Origin: Phoronis australis | Lineage: Eukaryota > Animalia > Phoronida | Direction of reading: 5' to 3' | Assembly: GCA_002633005.1 (NCBI GenBank) | Contig: NMRA01000227.1 | Coordinates: forward strand, 114,695-178,694 | Length of the DNA: 64,000 nt | Part shown: positions 36,801 through 48,824 of the stretch, piece after piece | How positions within the stretch are numbered: the first letter of the stretch is position 1 | Layout of the letters: every line of letters begins with the position of its first letter | The notes under the pieces: generated by a model | Databases searched by the model: none | Seen by the model: only the letters and a program-made list of their open reading frames with translations | Told to the model about the DNA's origin: nothing | Made by a program: the position numbers and the translations under genes

Positions 36801-39800
36801 ATCTCATTTTTGGAACTTAACTTCACAACTGAGATATGCAGGGCTAATTTTTTAAGGCTTTAGGATGATGCCTACGCAGACACGCATTAAACAATGGTTA
36901 ATCGTGTCGCAGTGAAGCAAGATGGTCAATACATTTCACCCTGTTTAGCAGGTTAACAATCCAAGTAAGGCTTTTACACTTTAATATAAAATTGGTCCAA
37001 TAATATTCTTTACTGAGATAAAATTGGTCCAATAATATTCTTTACTGTGATAAAATTGGTCCAATTATATTCTTTACAGTGATAAAATTGGTCCAATAAT
37101 ATTCTTTACTGAGATAAAATTGGTCCAATAATATTCTTTACTGAGATAAAATTGGTCCAATAATATTCTTTACTGTGATAAAATTGGTCCAATAATATTC
37201 TTTACTGTGATAAAATTGGTCCAATAATATTCTTTACTGTGATAAAATTTTAATTATATTACCATCAAAACATCAGAACAATCGGTGACTCAAGTAAACA
37301 CTGCAGAGTTCATTACAGTTGGTGAACCTTATAATTGCAAATTTGAAAATGGCACTATGACTTGAGTTGCTAATGGAAATGGAATCTTGTTTCGGTGAGG
37401 AATAACATTTTATGAGAGTAAAAGGCATAACAGCTAAATAGGTCAAAATGCATCTTTCACAAGAATGATCATTAAAATCGACTTGAAAATACTAAAACAT
37501 TCCTAAAGAGGAATGCAGAGTGTTGAAATACACCCACGACTACACCACAAATGCTGTTGCTTCTAGGGGTGTTTATTTGTACCATAAAAAATGCTCATTA
37601 GATGGCCATCCAAAAATGGGAAGGTGCCATCTTTCAAAACTATTTGCAAACTACAAGTTCAAGAAAATCCCTCACATAACTCCAAAGACACTTGGGCAAA
37701 TGCAAAAAAATGCCATTAAGAACCACAGCAGTAGTCCAATCTGCCCATCTGCTGTCAAATTATAAGGAATATTATCGCAAAATGTCAAAAGCATCTTGTA
37801 TAAGGTTTGAGAGATACAGCAGTAGATGCGAAAAAATGTCAATAGGGGGCATCACAGTAGTTGGACCCATTTGAAAATCAACGTCAGTCATACCAGTAAG
37901 AACACATCTGTCAGTTTTCATAATGATCCTCTACGCACTTTGGCAACAAAAACAGACTAAAAAATAATTAAAATGGCCACTGGTTGGTGCATACGTCAAA
38001 TCCAACAAAGTAAAGGTGTCACAATCAAAATAGCCATCAAACCTCATCATCTGTTGCATCTCTCCCATATTTGATATTGTCTTTGATGGAGCAAGCAAAC
38101 AGAGTAGGCTCTTGACCAACCATAGCAATCTGACGGCGGAACCACTTAGGGTTAAGAGTACTCATGTCATGGCCGCCTGTAACAAGTCAAGCCTTCAGTC
38201 ACAGTAACATCATGTACAGTCACATAAAAATGTTTTTCACTACTTTCCGCCAAGTTTTGTTTCCTATATTGAGTAAACTATAAAAGTCTAAAAAAGAACA
38301 AAATGTGAAAGTAAAGAACTTGCTCGTCAAAGAAATATTGGTACGGCGATAAAAGAATAATATACAATATGTACAAAAAGCCAGTACGCGCACATTTAGC
38401 TCAAGGAGGCTCTGATGCACATTTAACTTAAGGAGAGGGAACTGAGTTGGTTAGTCTGAAATTGATGTCAGAGGACTAAAGGTTTCTAATCATAAAATCC
38501 TGTCTGCCGGCTGCCACATTTTTCTAGAAGAAGTTAGTCTTATACAACTTCCCAAATTACATTTTTTGAATGTTTAATCTTGGAAATACCCCTTTACAAT
38601 TGTAACATCTAACTTAATCATGAATCCAAGACATTACACGGGCATGGGTTAGGCGTGTGATAGTTGCCAGACAGTATTAATGCATCTACAAAGTTTGAAC
38701 CATAAGTAATAACATGTTGACAGTATCTACATGAAATTCAAAAAAAGCTATCGTAATCTTAAGGAACAAAAACTGATTATACCTTAACATGGAATTGACT
38801 GGTTTTGCAAAATTATTGTAATTATAAAAAAACGAAAATTGAACATTTATAAAACTGCATTTATCATCACAGTGTCTAGGCACACACAACAGTCTTACCC
38901 AGCATGATTCGTCCCATTTCTGGATCGTAAAACCTTTCAATAAGGCTAACGATGGTTGACTTTCCACCACCAGATGGTCCCACCAGTGCGACTACTTGCC
39001 CAACATTAACAGTGAAGGAAACACCCTGGAAATGGAGCAAAACTAAACCAAGTGCGATGACAATATCATTGTACAAGTGCCATTAACAAACTCACTTGTT
39101 GGGTAGAACAATTGAGGGAGAGACAGTGGCACAGATAGAAGGCATTCCTTAAACTATAATGTAAAAATTATTGAGACTGTTACAACAGGGAATTAAGAAT
39201 ACAAGTTCCAAGTAATCTTTAAAGGAAATACATCACTTTAACATCACTTTAACATTTTGTGAGACCAGATTTCTTACCCGTAACACCTCTGTATCTGGTC
39301 TTGATGGATACGTAAATTTTACATTTTCAAATTCGATTCCTGAAAGACAGATTCATTTAATACAATGTTCTTCTTCTGGTGACCATGAGAACAGGAATGC
39401 AATGCTATTGCCTTATAAGAGCGTAAAACAGAAGCACAACGTTCTGGTAGTAAATGCAGCGGCATTTGATTGGTTCTAAATAAAATTATACAATAACTAC
39501 AATGTATCAATAAACAGCAAACCACAAGTTCTGACACAAGTGAGAGAAAAGAGGCAAATACTGGTATAGTTATGTCACAAAGCACAAAACAGATCAAAAC
39601 ATGGGGATGTCCATGAAAGCAATGTAGCAAGGTGACACAGCCTTTAGCTGGATATTGAAACGAATCAGCGAGTGGAGCTTGTGACTGGCATACATAAGGG
39701 GGCAAGTCAATATTACACATCTGTCAACCCACCTCCATTCAACTCCATCAGTGAAAGGCCCTGGTCAATTGGAACTCCAGGTTTCCTGTCAAGCAGCTCA

Positions 39801-42800
39801 AATATACGGGTGGAGGCTCCTACAGCTTTCATAAAATCTCCGTACAGCGATGTTAGAAATGCAAATGCCATGGCTACTTGCATTGTGTACAAGAGAAATG
39901 CTGCAAATTCGAAACTGTCAGACAGAGGACAGAGCAATGGACCAATGAAAACTTGTGGCCATAATATGATTTGGACAGTTATTAAGTTCTTGGCAATTTC
40001 TAAGTACTTAAAATGAAAGTGATAAAGACACATACCAAATTTCATGAAGATCCATCAAGGAACATGGCAACTAAAACTATGAATCAATACAGATCCTGAG
40101 ATTTTTTGCAACTTGAAATCATCATCCCAGGTGTAATGTGCAGTGCAATGATAACGATGTCATGACTTGTTTTTCATAAACATTACGTCAATAAATTTCC
40201 CACGATAGTTCCATGCAAATCCAATCACGCATTTCTGAAACATAATGTTAAAAACTTAGCCAAATTTGAACTTCTTTCTACGGTCTAACATAACCTTAAG
40301 GAATGAATACTTGCAAGTCAGTACTCCCGTAGTGAGGTGTCCCTCCACGACCAGTTTCCCACCATACCAGAGAACCAAGGAGACAGCGCCATAAGCCACG
40401 ACCCCGATGATCCCACTGAATCCTCCTATTGTAAGATAGAAACGGACCAAAATTTTTAGAGCATTACAGATACTTAAAACATCACAATTACCAGTTCAGG
40501 AGATTATAGCATTTCTTCCCTCACAAAAAAAACAAGACAAACCAAGCACCCCAACAAAGGTTTGGAAATTTCTGTTCATTGCCTATGTTTTTATTATTTT
40601 AGGTTGAATTAAATCATATTGCCAGCCAATGAAAAGCCCAGTCATTCCCCTACCAACAATACAATAAACCTAATTGTGTTTAGTAACTTAGCTGCCAAAG
40701 AGGGCGCTCTCATAGTGAATATTGCAAATTCAGCTGAAGTGTATTCAAGTTTGAGCATTCAACTTTTTCAATACCAATTACAGTGCATACAAGTCTTTGT
40801 AAAATGGACCTTACCCTGTGCAAAAGCTAACTTTTTTCCCATCTGGTAACTTTTGTCAATGTTAACAGCATAACTATCAGACACTTTCTTTTCACCAGCA
40901 AATGATCGGACAGTTCTGAGGCTAGATATACTCTCTTCAGCACTCACTCCGGCATCAGCCAAGCGATCTTGGAACTTTTTCTGAAGAGTTTGTACAAAGC
41001 GACCTAAAGTGTAAATAATAATTACAGTAATGTCAGGACTGAATAAAGATTCTTATTTCATACATCTGTCCATAATCAAACATTAATCACTTAACAACAA
41101 TCATGGACAAAATACAGAAAATTTGAGTCAAACACTGGAATTTGCGAACTTGTACGAGTGGAAAATGATAGGACTTTTTTTTGTGTTGGCACGACAACCA
41201 TGTAAAACATTTACATGTAAAAAGAGCTTCTGTGGGCCGACTAATCAACTCCTGCTTTGTAAACCTATCACAAATGATCTCTCATTTCCAACCGAATGTT
41301 ATAATCACAAATTTCATGGATTATTAACTAAAACAAAATTCTTGATTTAATTTCTAACTAGTAAGTGTCACGGATTGGAATGACCAGTGACGAAAAGAGG
41401 AAAAGTTTTTGCATGAATTAAGTCAAAATAATGGTGACAAAGAGACAAAAAGAGAACAAACTGGAAATCAAAGAAGAGGATATTAAAATAAAAAGGAAAT
41501 CCTTTTAAGAGAGGAAAATGAAGTGTAAAGGAAGTAGACCAAATTTAGAGCACAACAAGATACATGAAACTTTTTAATTAATAGTAAATGGACAGAATTG
41601 CATTAAATGTTTACCATACTGAACAGCACTGAGTGATATTATGGGCACCACAGCCAGCAGGACCCCTGTTAAAGCTGGATTGAGAATGAACATAAATGCC
41701 AATGAACCGATGATCTGCAGCATGTAACGTACCAGCATGGAGATATTGGCCTGAAATATTCAATGTAGAATTGAATGATAACAAAGTGGATCAAAGACAC
41801 ACTGGTTGTATAATAACTTGATGAGTTATTTGAAATCCAGTCAAATGAGACTTGTGCAATAACTGAATAGTTCAACTGTTTGAACTTTAGTGTCCAGGTT
41901 CTAAATAAATCTTTTACTTGAAATCAAAAATAATCTTGACATTCAATTTTCTTTCTCCTATACAAAGCAAAGTCAAGATACGAGTTTATTTTATGAATTA
42001 CGCAAATGAGCGCGTAGTTCAAAGTTGCACTTGATGACCCCTAGATTTGAGTGAAAAAGGATTTTGAGTAAAAACTCAAGATTTCGAGTTCAGACTCGAT
42101 TTTAAAGGCTAGAGTCACCAAGTGCTAATTATACAGGACCATAGAATAGTAGACATTTATCTTCAATACTAAGTGGGATAAAAATGTGGAATTCAATTTT
42201 GAGTAAAAAGTTGCGACACAGACCAAGGTACTGGAAAATCAGATTTCTTTTTCATTCTAAAATAATAAGAAATGTCCTAATTAATGAAAGGCAAGATGCA
42301 TTATTAGTTGTAGTGTTAATTGAAATTTAGTAAAGAAAATAACCGTTAAATGGCCTGATGAATGGAAGATTAGATTTAAAACGTTGAAAACATGATTCTT
42401 TAATTCCATCAGTCAGTGTATACCTCAGTGCCTATCACACGAGCTAGCTAAAACTTCCCACTTCAATTAATTTGATAATACCACAGAACAACTTGACAGT
42501 TGGGAATACCACAGAGAAAAATTTGTTAGTTTGGGAGTGCTTAACACATACCGTGACAGCATTCTGTATAATTTGTGTACAAGATTAGACAGACATACCG
42601 TGACAGCATTCTGTATTATTTGTGTACAAGAAAACAGACATACCGTGACAGCATTCTGTATAACTTGTGTATCAGAAGACAGCCTGTTAGTCAATTCACC
42701 AGTTCTGCAGGAACAACAAATTGATGTGGTCTCAAAGCAATAACATCACACTTCAATATCCTTAAATGAAATTTGCCATGCTCACCTTTCTTGTAAATAA

Positions 42801-45800
42801 CAGACCAAAACACAATCAATAAATATAGACATAAGAATCAATAGTACTGGCAAGACCATGACATCCTTCCTCATGACACTATACAAATTAATAAAACCAA
42901 ATATCTTCTTTTCCTTAAATTCAGCACAGAAGCAATGGACTAAATGTTTATAACACATTAACTCTGATCTGTGCACAGAAGCAATGGACTAAATGTTTAT
43001 AACACATTAACTCTGATCTGTGCCAGCAAAACCTGAATAGGAGTTAGAAAGGTGCTTCTCGTTTTACGTCACCATCCAAACCGATTCTACTGGAAATTAT
43101 TGCAGATCTTGAGGAGTGGTTTTCATTCAGTGTCCACCTGCAGACAGACATGGTGGTAATAGACACTTACAGGTGTCCAGCATTTTGAGAACCTTTCTCC
43201 ACTAAATATCAGGCATCAAACTAGAGCTCACTATTGCCAACTTACCTGTTAGTGTCAAAGAATGCCACCTCTTGCTTGATAATCGAACTAAACAGTTCAA
43301 CACGTAGTCTGGCTACCAATCGCTGCCCAGTCAACGTGAACAACCAAGCACGAATCATGCCTGCCACAGCCCCTCCAGCATAGATCAAAAATAAGATGAG
43401 TACGATGCGGTTCAAGGAATCTGTAAAGGCAAAGTTGGAAACAATGAAATGGCCGCTTGGTAAAGCAAAAGTTCATAGTTCAGGGAATGATGTTACGTAC
43501 ACAAAACTTTAAAAAGTAACGTTCATTGTAAAATGTTGATAACTTAAGGTACATAGGCAGCTTCGTAGAAATAGAAATTAAAGTTTTTTTATAATTTTCC
43601 ATTCTGTGGGTTTTTTTAAAGACTTGTTATCCAATGAGGTAAGTGCTCAAAATTTATCATTTTATGTTTGGTAACAGCTGCTGAACATAAACCATGTTAT
43701 CAACAACTAAGAGTGGCCCTTTCTTAATAAATATATTATGATGCGAAATTTGAGAAAATGATATTTCACCAGTCAGCCATACCGAGTCCTAACATGAAGA
43801 ATGTTTATTGTAAATTGAAAAATCAATAAACTTTTTTTTGTGACTTTAAGTCTTCGATCTGTGCTTCGCTAGATCGACCACAACACACATTTGTATAGCC
43901 ACCTACCCAAAATGAAAGATTTGTGAAAAACACTTAGACTCAGCTCAACTCATGTCACACACTTGAATAGTTCGACTAGTGATGCGTATGACAAGACAGT
44001 AACTAACACTTACCCATGGACTTGGTTGAAATAGCCTGCTGTGCAGCGTCCACCACCTGACCGAAGAAGAGAGGTGCGGCTATCTGGGAGCCACTGCTTA
44101 TGATGAGACAGAATATGGCAATTAATAAGATACCCAGCTCCTGAAATGATAGGGAACAACTTGCACTTGGAATAGCTACAACAAAATTACTAGAAAGAAC
44201 GTCTAGAGATTCACAACTAGATCATTATTTTATGCATCTGGTAGGTTCAGTTAATGATGCACTTCGCCCTTATTAGGTGCCAAAAAAGCAAAAATCAAAT
44301 CAGGTCTTTACTCACTCTCATGATATTCCTTACCATGATAGGATTAACAAGCAATGCATACATGACGTAATTTTCGGAATCACAGTTTTAAGGGCTGGCC
44401 TTGAAGTCTTGATTCCAAACATTTTTTGATTTGTCGATGGTTTCAATATTCTTGATGGCCACGAATGTAGAGACTTATCGAGGCTAGTAATATTACGAGA
44501 CCCATTTTGTGTCGGATCAAAAAGTCTGATATGATTTCCATTTTACGCCAGCTAAACAGATAGCAATGCAGTTTTAATAACAGCACCAACCATGACCTTA
44601 ACACTAACAGCCACCAGATGGTGCTGTAAACAAGCTGTTCCAAACTGTGGATGGTTACTTTCCCTCAATGTGCAGGTGCTGTTAAGAGCTGAGGTAGGAA
44701 TGCTTTGTTTACAAATCCAGGATCTTCAGTTGCATAACAGCTAAAGTTAATACAAATTCTGATAATCATTGATTAAAGAGCAAGTCCAATATCGTCTCAA
44801 AAAGAAACAAAAGTCTACCGTACAACAAATAAAAGATAATTAGTGACATATATGGTAATACAAGTCAGAAGCACTGACACAAGAGACTACCGACAGATCT
44901 GCAATTGCCACTACATCAAAAGCATTCAGACAAAATGACCCAGAATTCCTCATCGAGACGGCTGAGCAGAAACTGAATTCATGATCAGGACAACCTCCTC
45001 TCATGGCCGAGAGTGGAGGACAATTAACAGCAGAGTTGGAGAGCTAAGCTATTCTGTAATTAGAAGTTTGCGGCCACAATAATAAATAGTAAATACCAAA
45101 AATATTTTTGTAGTTAACAAAATTAGCTGTCATGATCATGACGGGAAAACAGCATTTTGTCCGTCGCACTTTTGTCGTAACAGAAAAAGCTGTTGTACTC
45201 ACAGGTTTGGCGAGCCCCAACAATCTCTTCAAGTTCACTGGACCCTTCTTTACTTTCCCCTCTTTGTCAACTTCATCGCCATCTTTGTTCACATAATGCA
45301 TGATTTTCAACAACAATAGCTTTTTCATTCCACGAAAACTACCAAGAGTGATCAACATTTCGATCAGACCAAAGGCAACAGAACTTATTGTCAAGATGTT
45401 GTATGTTAAATGCATAACTTGATAATCAGCTATGTTGAGAAATGAGTAGAGAATCAATCCTCCTTTGACAATGGTAAATGCCAAAATAAGTACGGAGAAA
45501 AGAATAAGGAGAACGTGCAAGAGGAGTTTCTTGGATGTTGGTGTCCGTTCGTATGGATGGTCGGCTTTGTAGAGAGTAATCTCCTCCAGTTTGTATAGAA
45601 TGAAGAAAAAAGGAATGATTTTGAGACTGGCCAACAACGCTAGGTCGAACACACTTTCAGTAAGATGAAAATGGAGAACGTTGTCGGTGAAATATTGACT
45701 TGTTCCGCCTACAACAGACAAAGTATGAATAATGTCTTTAACCAGTCATCCCAATGCACAACTCAAAGTTCAGAGGTAACAATATTAAAATGTGAATTAC

Positions 45801-47601
45801 AAAAAAAAAAATGATGCCTAAAATGTCACCAAAAGTACGAAGAAATTGTTCCATTAATTTGATAGTCGAAATCTTGCACATTCTTTGCCAGCCTATTGGG
45901 CGATATGTGTGAAGCAGTAACTGTTTAAATTTTGACTTGGTGTTGTTTGGGAAACGGATTCAGTTAGGGAGGGGCTGTTTTTGAGAGAGGTTAAACAAAG
46001 AAATCTGTACATTGAACAGCAACTGTGTTACAAAGAAATGTTGAATTTTGGTAAATTAGATGCATACAAATTGTTAATTACATATGTATAAATTTCTTAG
46101 GGATAAGTATGTCACTGGTGCGAAAAGTAGAAAATATCTAAAGTCTTTAGCAAGATTTAGATGTTCAAATCATAACTTACAAGTAGAAAGAAGAACACAC
46201 TTGAAGAACATCAGAGAGAATAGACTGTGTACTGTTTGTGACAATAGACTGTGTACTGTTTGTGACAATAGACTGTGTACTGTTTGTGACAATAGACTGT
46301 GTACTGTTTGTGACAACAGACTGTGTACTGTTTGTGACAATAGACTGTGTACTGTTTGTGACAATGACTGTGTGCTGTTTGTGACAATAGACTGTGTACT
46401 GTTTGTGACAATAGACTGTGTACTGCTTGTGACAATAGACTGTGTACTGTTTGTGACCCACACGTTGAACAAGACGAAAATCATTTTAATTGAGTTTCCA
46501 CTTTATGAGAATTCAAGAAAAAATTTCAAGATTGTAAGCATCAACTGTGATTTTTCCTTAGGAAGTGTCACGCTGAAGTGGGATAATTTAAATTTTGTAA
46601 CTATTGTTAGCATCTGGTAGCACAAGAAACAATGCAGGTACAAAAGTTTTTGAAATATATTGATCAATATTGGATCAAACAATTATGCATCAAATGTCAA
46701 CAAACTGAAAAATTTAGTCACAAATATAACTGAATGGAGCATTCTTCGCATTTGCAGATGACTGAATATCAACAAAAAAACATGACTAGAAGTCAGGTGT
46801 GTTATAGAAATACTCTCTTGTATCGTCTGTTTCGTTGGTCATAGTGTTTCCATCAAAAGACAAAAATCTTATTATTTGGTGCTGGTCTTCGCCCATTCCG
46901 AAACCTGCACCTCATTTCTAAGAAAAGAAAAATAAAGTGCGCTACATCCTTTTGGCCAAGTTTTCAACCTGTCTTTAACAAGTTACACAAACACATCCAA
47001 GCTTGTGATAAAACTGTTCCATTTTCAAATCTACCACCATCACCTGCTCATTCACTTTCTGTCACAGGCTAAAAACAAAAAGAGTTACACTTTTGCTGAT
47101 AACCGCGGTGAGTTTTTCCAAAATTGGACAGCCAAAAATTGTGAATCATCACATCAATTTTCAGAAAAAAACACTGACCAGAACAGACCTCATCTCAGTT
47201 TTTATAATGTATAATGAGCAGACTGTCGAGTTCAACCTAAGAGGGGATGCAGGTTATCGTTTTGCATCTTATTCGGGTATTAGGCTATACAAATTGAACA
47301 AGTTGGGATCAACGCGGAAACCGTCATAATGAAAGATTTGGACAAAAAGCACTAAGACTGACTCAAAAGACATTCAGCTACTAAGATACAAACCTGTGAG
47401 CCATAGACAGACTGAGAACACAGTGTCTATGAAGAGTATCCACCTGAAGATGTTAGTGTACCTTACAGTAGGTAGGGAGTAGTAGGTGAAACCCCCTTTG
47501 ATGGTTGCCAGTAGCTTCTCTGTGTCACCTGGACTGGTGTTGGTTTGATGGTGATCACTGTCACTCACAGAAGAATTTGCTCCTCTTTCTCCACTCATCA
47601 T
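33876..47601 (-). CDS. ABCB-subfamily half transporter (TMD0 + TMD + NBD; ABCB9/TAP-like or ABCB10-related), 15 exons, 821 aa
   Basis: Exons 47601-47394, 45708-45203, 44140-44014, 43420-43246, 42704-42644, 41750-41615, 41003-40815, 40425-40315 (GC donor), 39900-39733, 39339-39278, 39025-38899 (Walker A GPSGGGKS), 38176-38043 (Q-loop VGQEP), 36525-36355 (LSGGQKQR, Walker B ILLLDE), 35566-35444 (ATSALD, IAHRLST), 34043-33876 (stop TGA). 2466 nt open frame. Confidence 0.93.
34313..34452. repeat. 27-bp minisatellite x5
   Basis: Unit TGGCTTGATGCCAAGTGTGCAGCACAT. Confidence 0.9.
35151..35326. repeat. ~57-bp tandem repeat x3
   Basis: Unit ACTGAATATAAATCATTACCCATAATCACTAATACTTAAACAGTGATACTAACTTAA. 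Confidence 0.9.
35597..35900. repeat. 37-bp minisatellite x8
   Basis: Unit GGTTAAGAAAATGTTATATAGATTGTCTAAGTATTCT, ending about 30 nt from the ABCB exon-14 acceptor. Confidence 0.9.
36987..37250. repeat. 32-bp minisatellite x8
   Basis: Unit TAAAATTGGTCCAATAATATTCTTTACTG(A/T)GA. Confidence 0.9.
42546..42671 (-). repeat. 45-47-bp x3 repeat spanning the ABCB exon-5 3' end and donor
   Basis: ACACAA-TTATACAGAATGCTGTCACG|GTATGT occurs three times on the minus strand. Confidence 0.9.
45940..46530 (+). mobile_element. Decayed 3' fragment of a CR1/L2-group LINE ORF2 with an internal 24-bp expansion
   Basis: [20 protein letters not shown]...[10 protein letters not shown]...EQDENHF resembles the C-terminal zinc-binding tail of CR1-group ORF2; AATAGACTGTGTACTGTTTGTGAC is repeated ~10x (46219-46457). 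Confidence 0.7.
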
Positions 47602-47629
47602 TTACTACAACGAATAAGTTGATCTGGTG

Positions 47630-47647
47630 CACGTGACTGCACGTGAC
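47630..47647 (-). promoter_or_regulatory. Tandem E-box/CLEAR-like motifs upstream of the ABCB start
   Basis: GTCACGTG twice (47630-47637 and 47640-47647), about 30-45 nt upstream of the ATG at 47601. Confidence 0.45.
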
Positions 47648-47675
47648 TGATTACTACAGTTCAAGCAAAACCTAT

Positions 47676-48672
47676 ATGACGTAACGTTAATTAACACTAA
47701 TTGAGATTTCCTAACAACATTTCAAGCAACTGAAACCTGACACATTTCAGTTAATTTTCATATTTTTGGGGTAAAAATTGTCCGAACTTATTTATTATAC
47801 TGGAGCCTTCCAAAAAGACAGGATGACTTTGCACAATAATAACATTAACAACCGATTATTACATTATTAGATCGTTGTATTTATTATGTATGACTCAGCA
47901 TAATGAAGTAGTGTCAATCAAACTATTTACAACTGACGCATTGGTTAGGCACAGTTAACCTGACAAAATTTGTGAGAACGACCGTATTCGACGATTTATC
48001 TGAGCATAAAAGTTGTCAATGTCCCAGTTGCCGAAACTTAACATTCACAAGCACTCACAAACCTTGACTTGGAACTTGATTGACAGCTGATGCAACCAGA
48101 AATAGGTCACTGTGAAATGACAATAAAAAGACAATCATGTTCCTTTTCTCAAGAAATTAAAAAGTAATTNCTAATGACGTAACGTTAATTAACACTAATT
48201 GAGATTTCCTAACAACATTTCAAGCAACTGAAACCTGACACATTTCAGTTAATTTTCATATTTTTGGGATAAAAATTGTCCGAACTTATTTATTATACTG
48301 GAGCCTTCCAAAAAGACAGGATGACTTTGCACAATAATAACATTAATTTAACAACCGATTATTACATTATTAAATCGTTGTATTTATTATGTATGACTCA
48401 GCATAATGAAGTAGTGTCAATCAAACTATTTACAACTGACGCATTGGTTAGGCACAGTTAACCTGACAAAATTTGTGAGAACGACCGTATTCGACGATTT
48501 ATCTGAGCATAAAAGTTGTCAATGTCCCAGTTGCCGAAACTTAACATTCACAAGCACTCACAAACCTTGACTTGGAACTTGATTGACAGCTGATGCAACC
48601 AGAAATAGGTCACTGTGAAATGACAATAAAAAGACAATCATGTTCCTTTTCTCAAGAAATTAAAAAGTAATT
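47676..48672. repeat. ~495-bp direct duplication joined by a single N (probable assembly artefact)
   Basis: 47676-48169 matches 48174-48672 apart from a few small differences; N at 48170. Confidence 0.9.
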
Positions 48673-48824
48673 AGAAAGTAAAGATTGATGTTTCAAAATT
48701 AAAATACGTTTCTAAAGCTGTTTTAGGACCGTTGCAAAACCAAAAAAAGCAAAATAACTGTAATTACTTACTATTTTATTTATCTATGGTTTTAACAAAT
48801 CATGTGACCAATCAGCTGGACAAA

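Noticed and set aside
47676-48672. Real tandem promoter duplication
   Set aside because: A single-N junction and allele-level differences point to an unmerged contig overlap.
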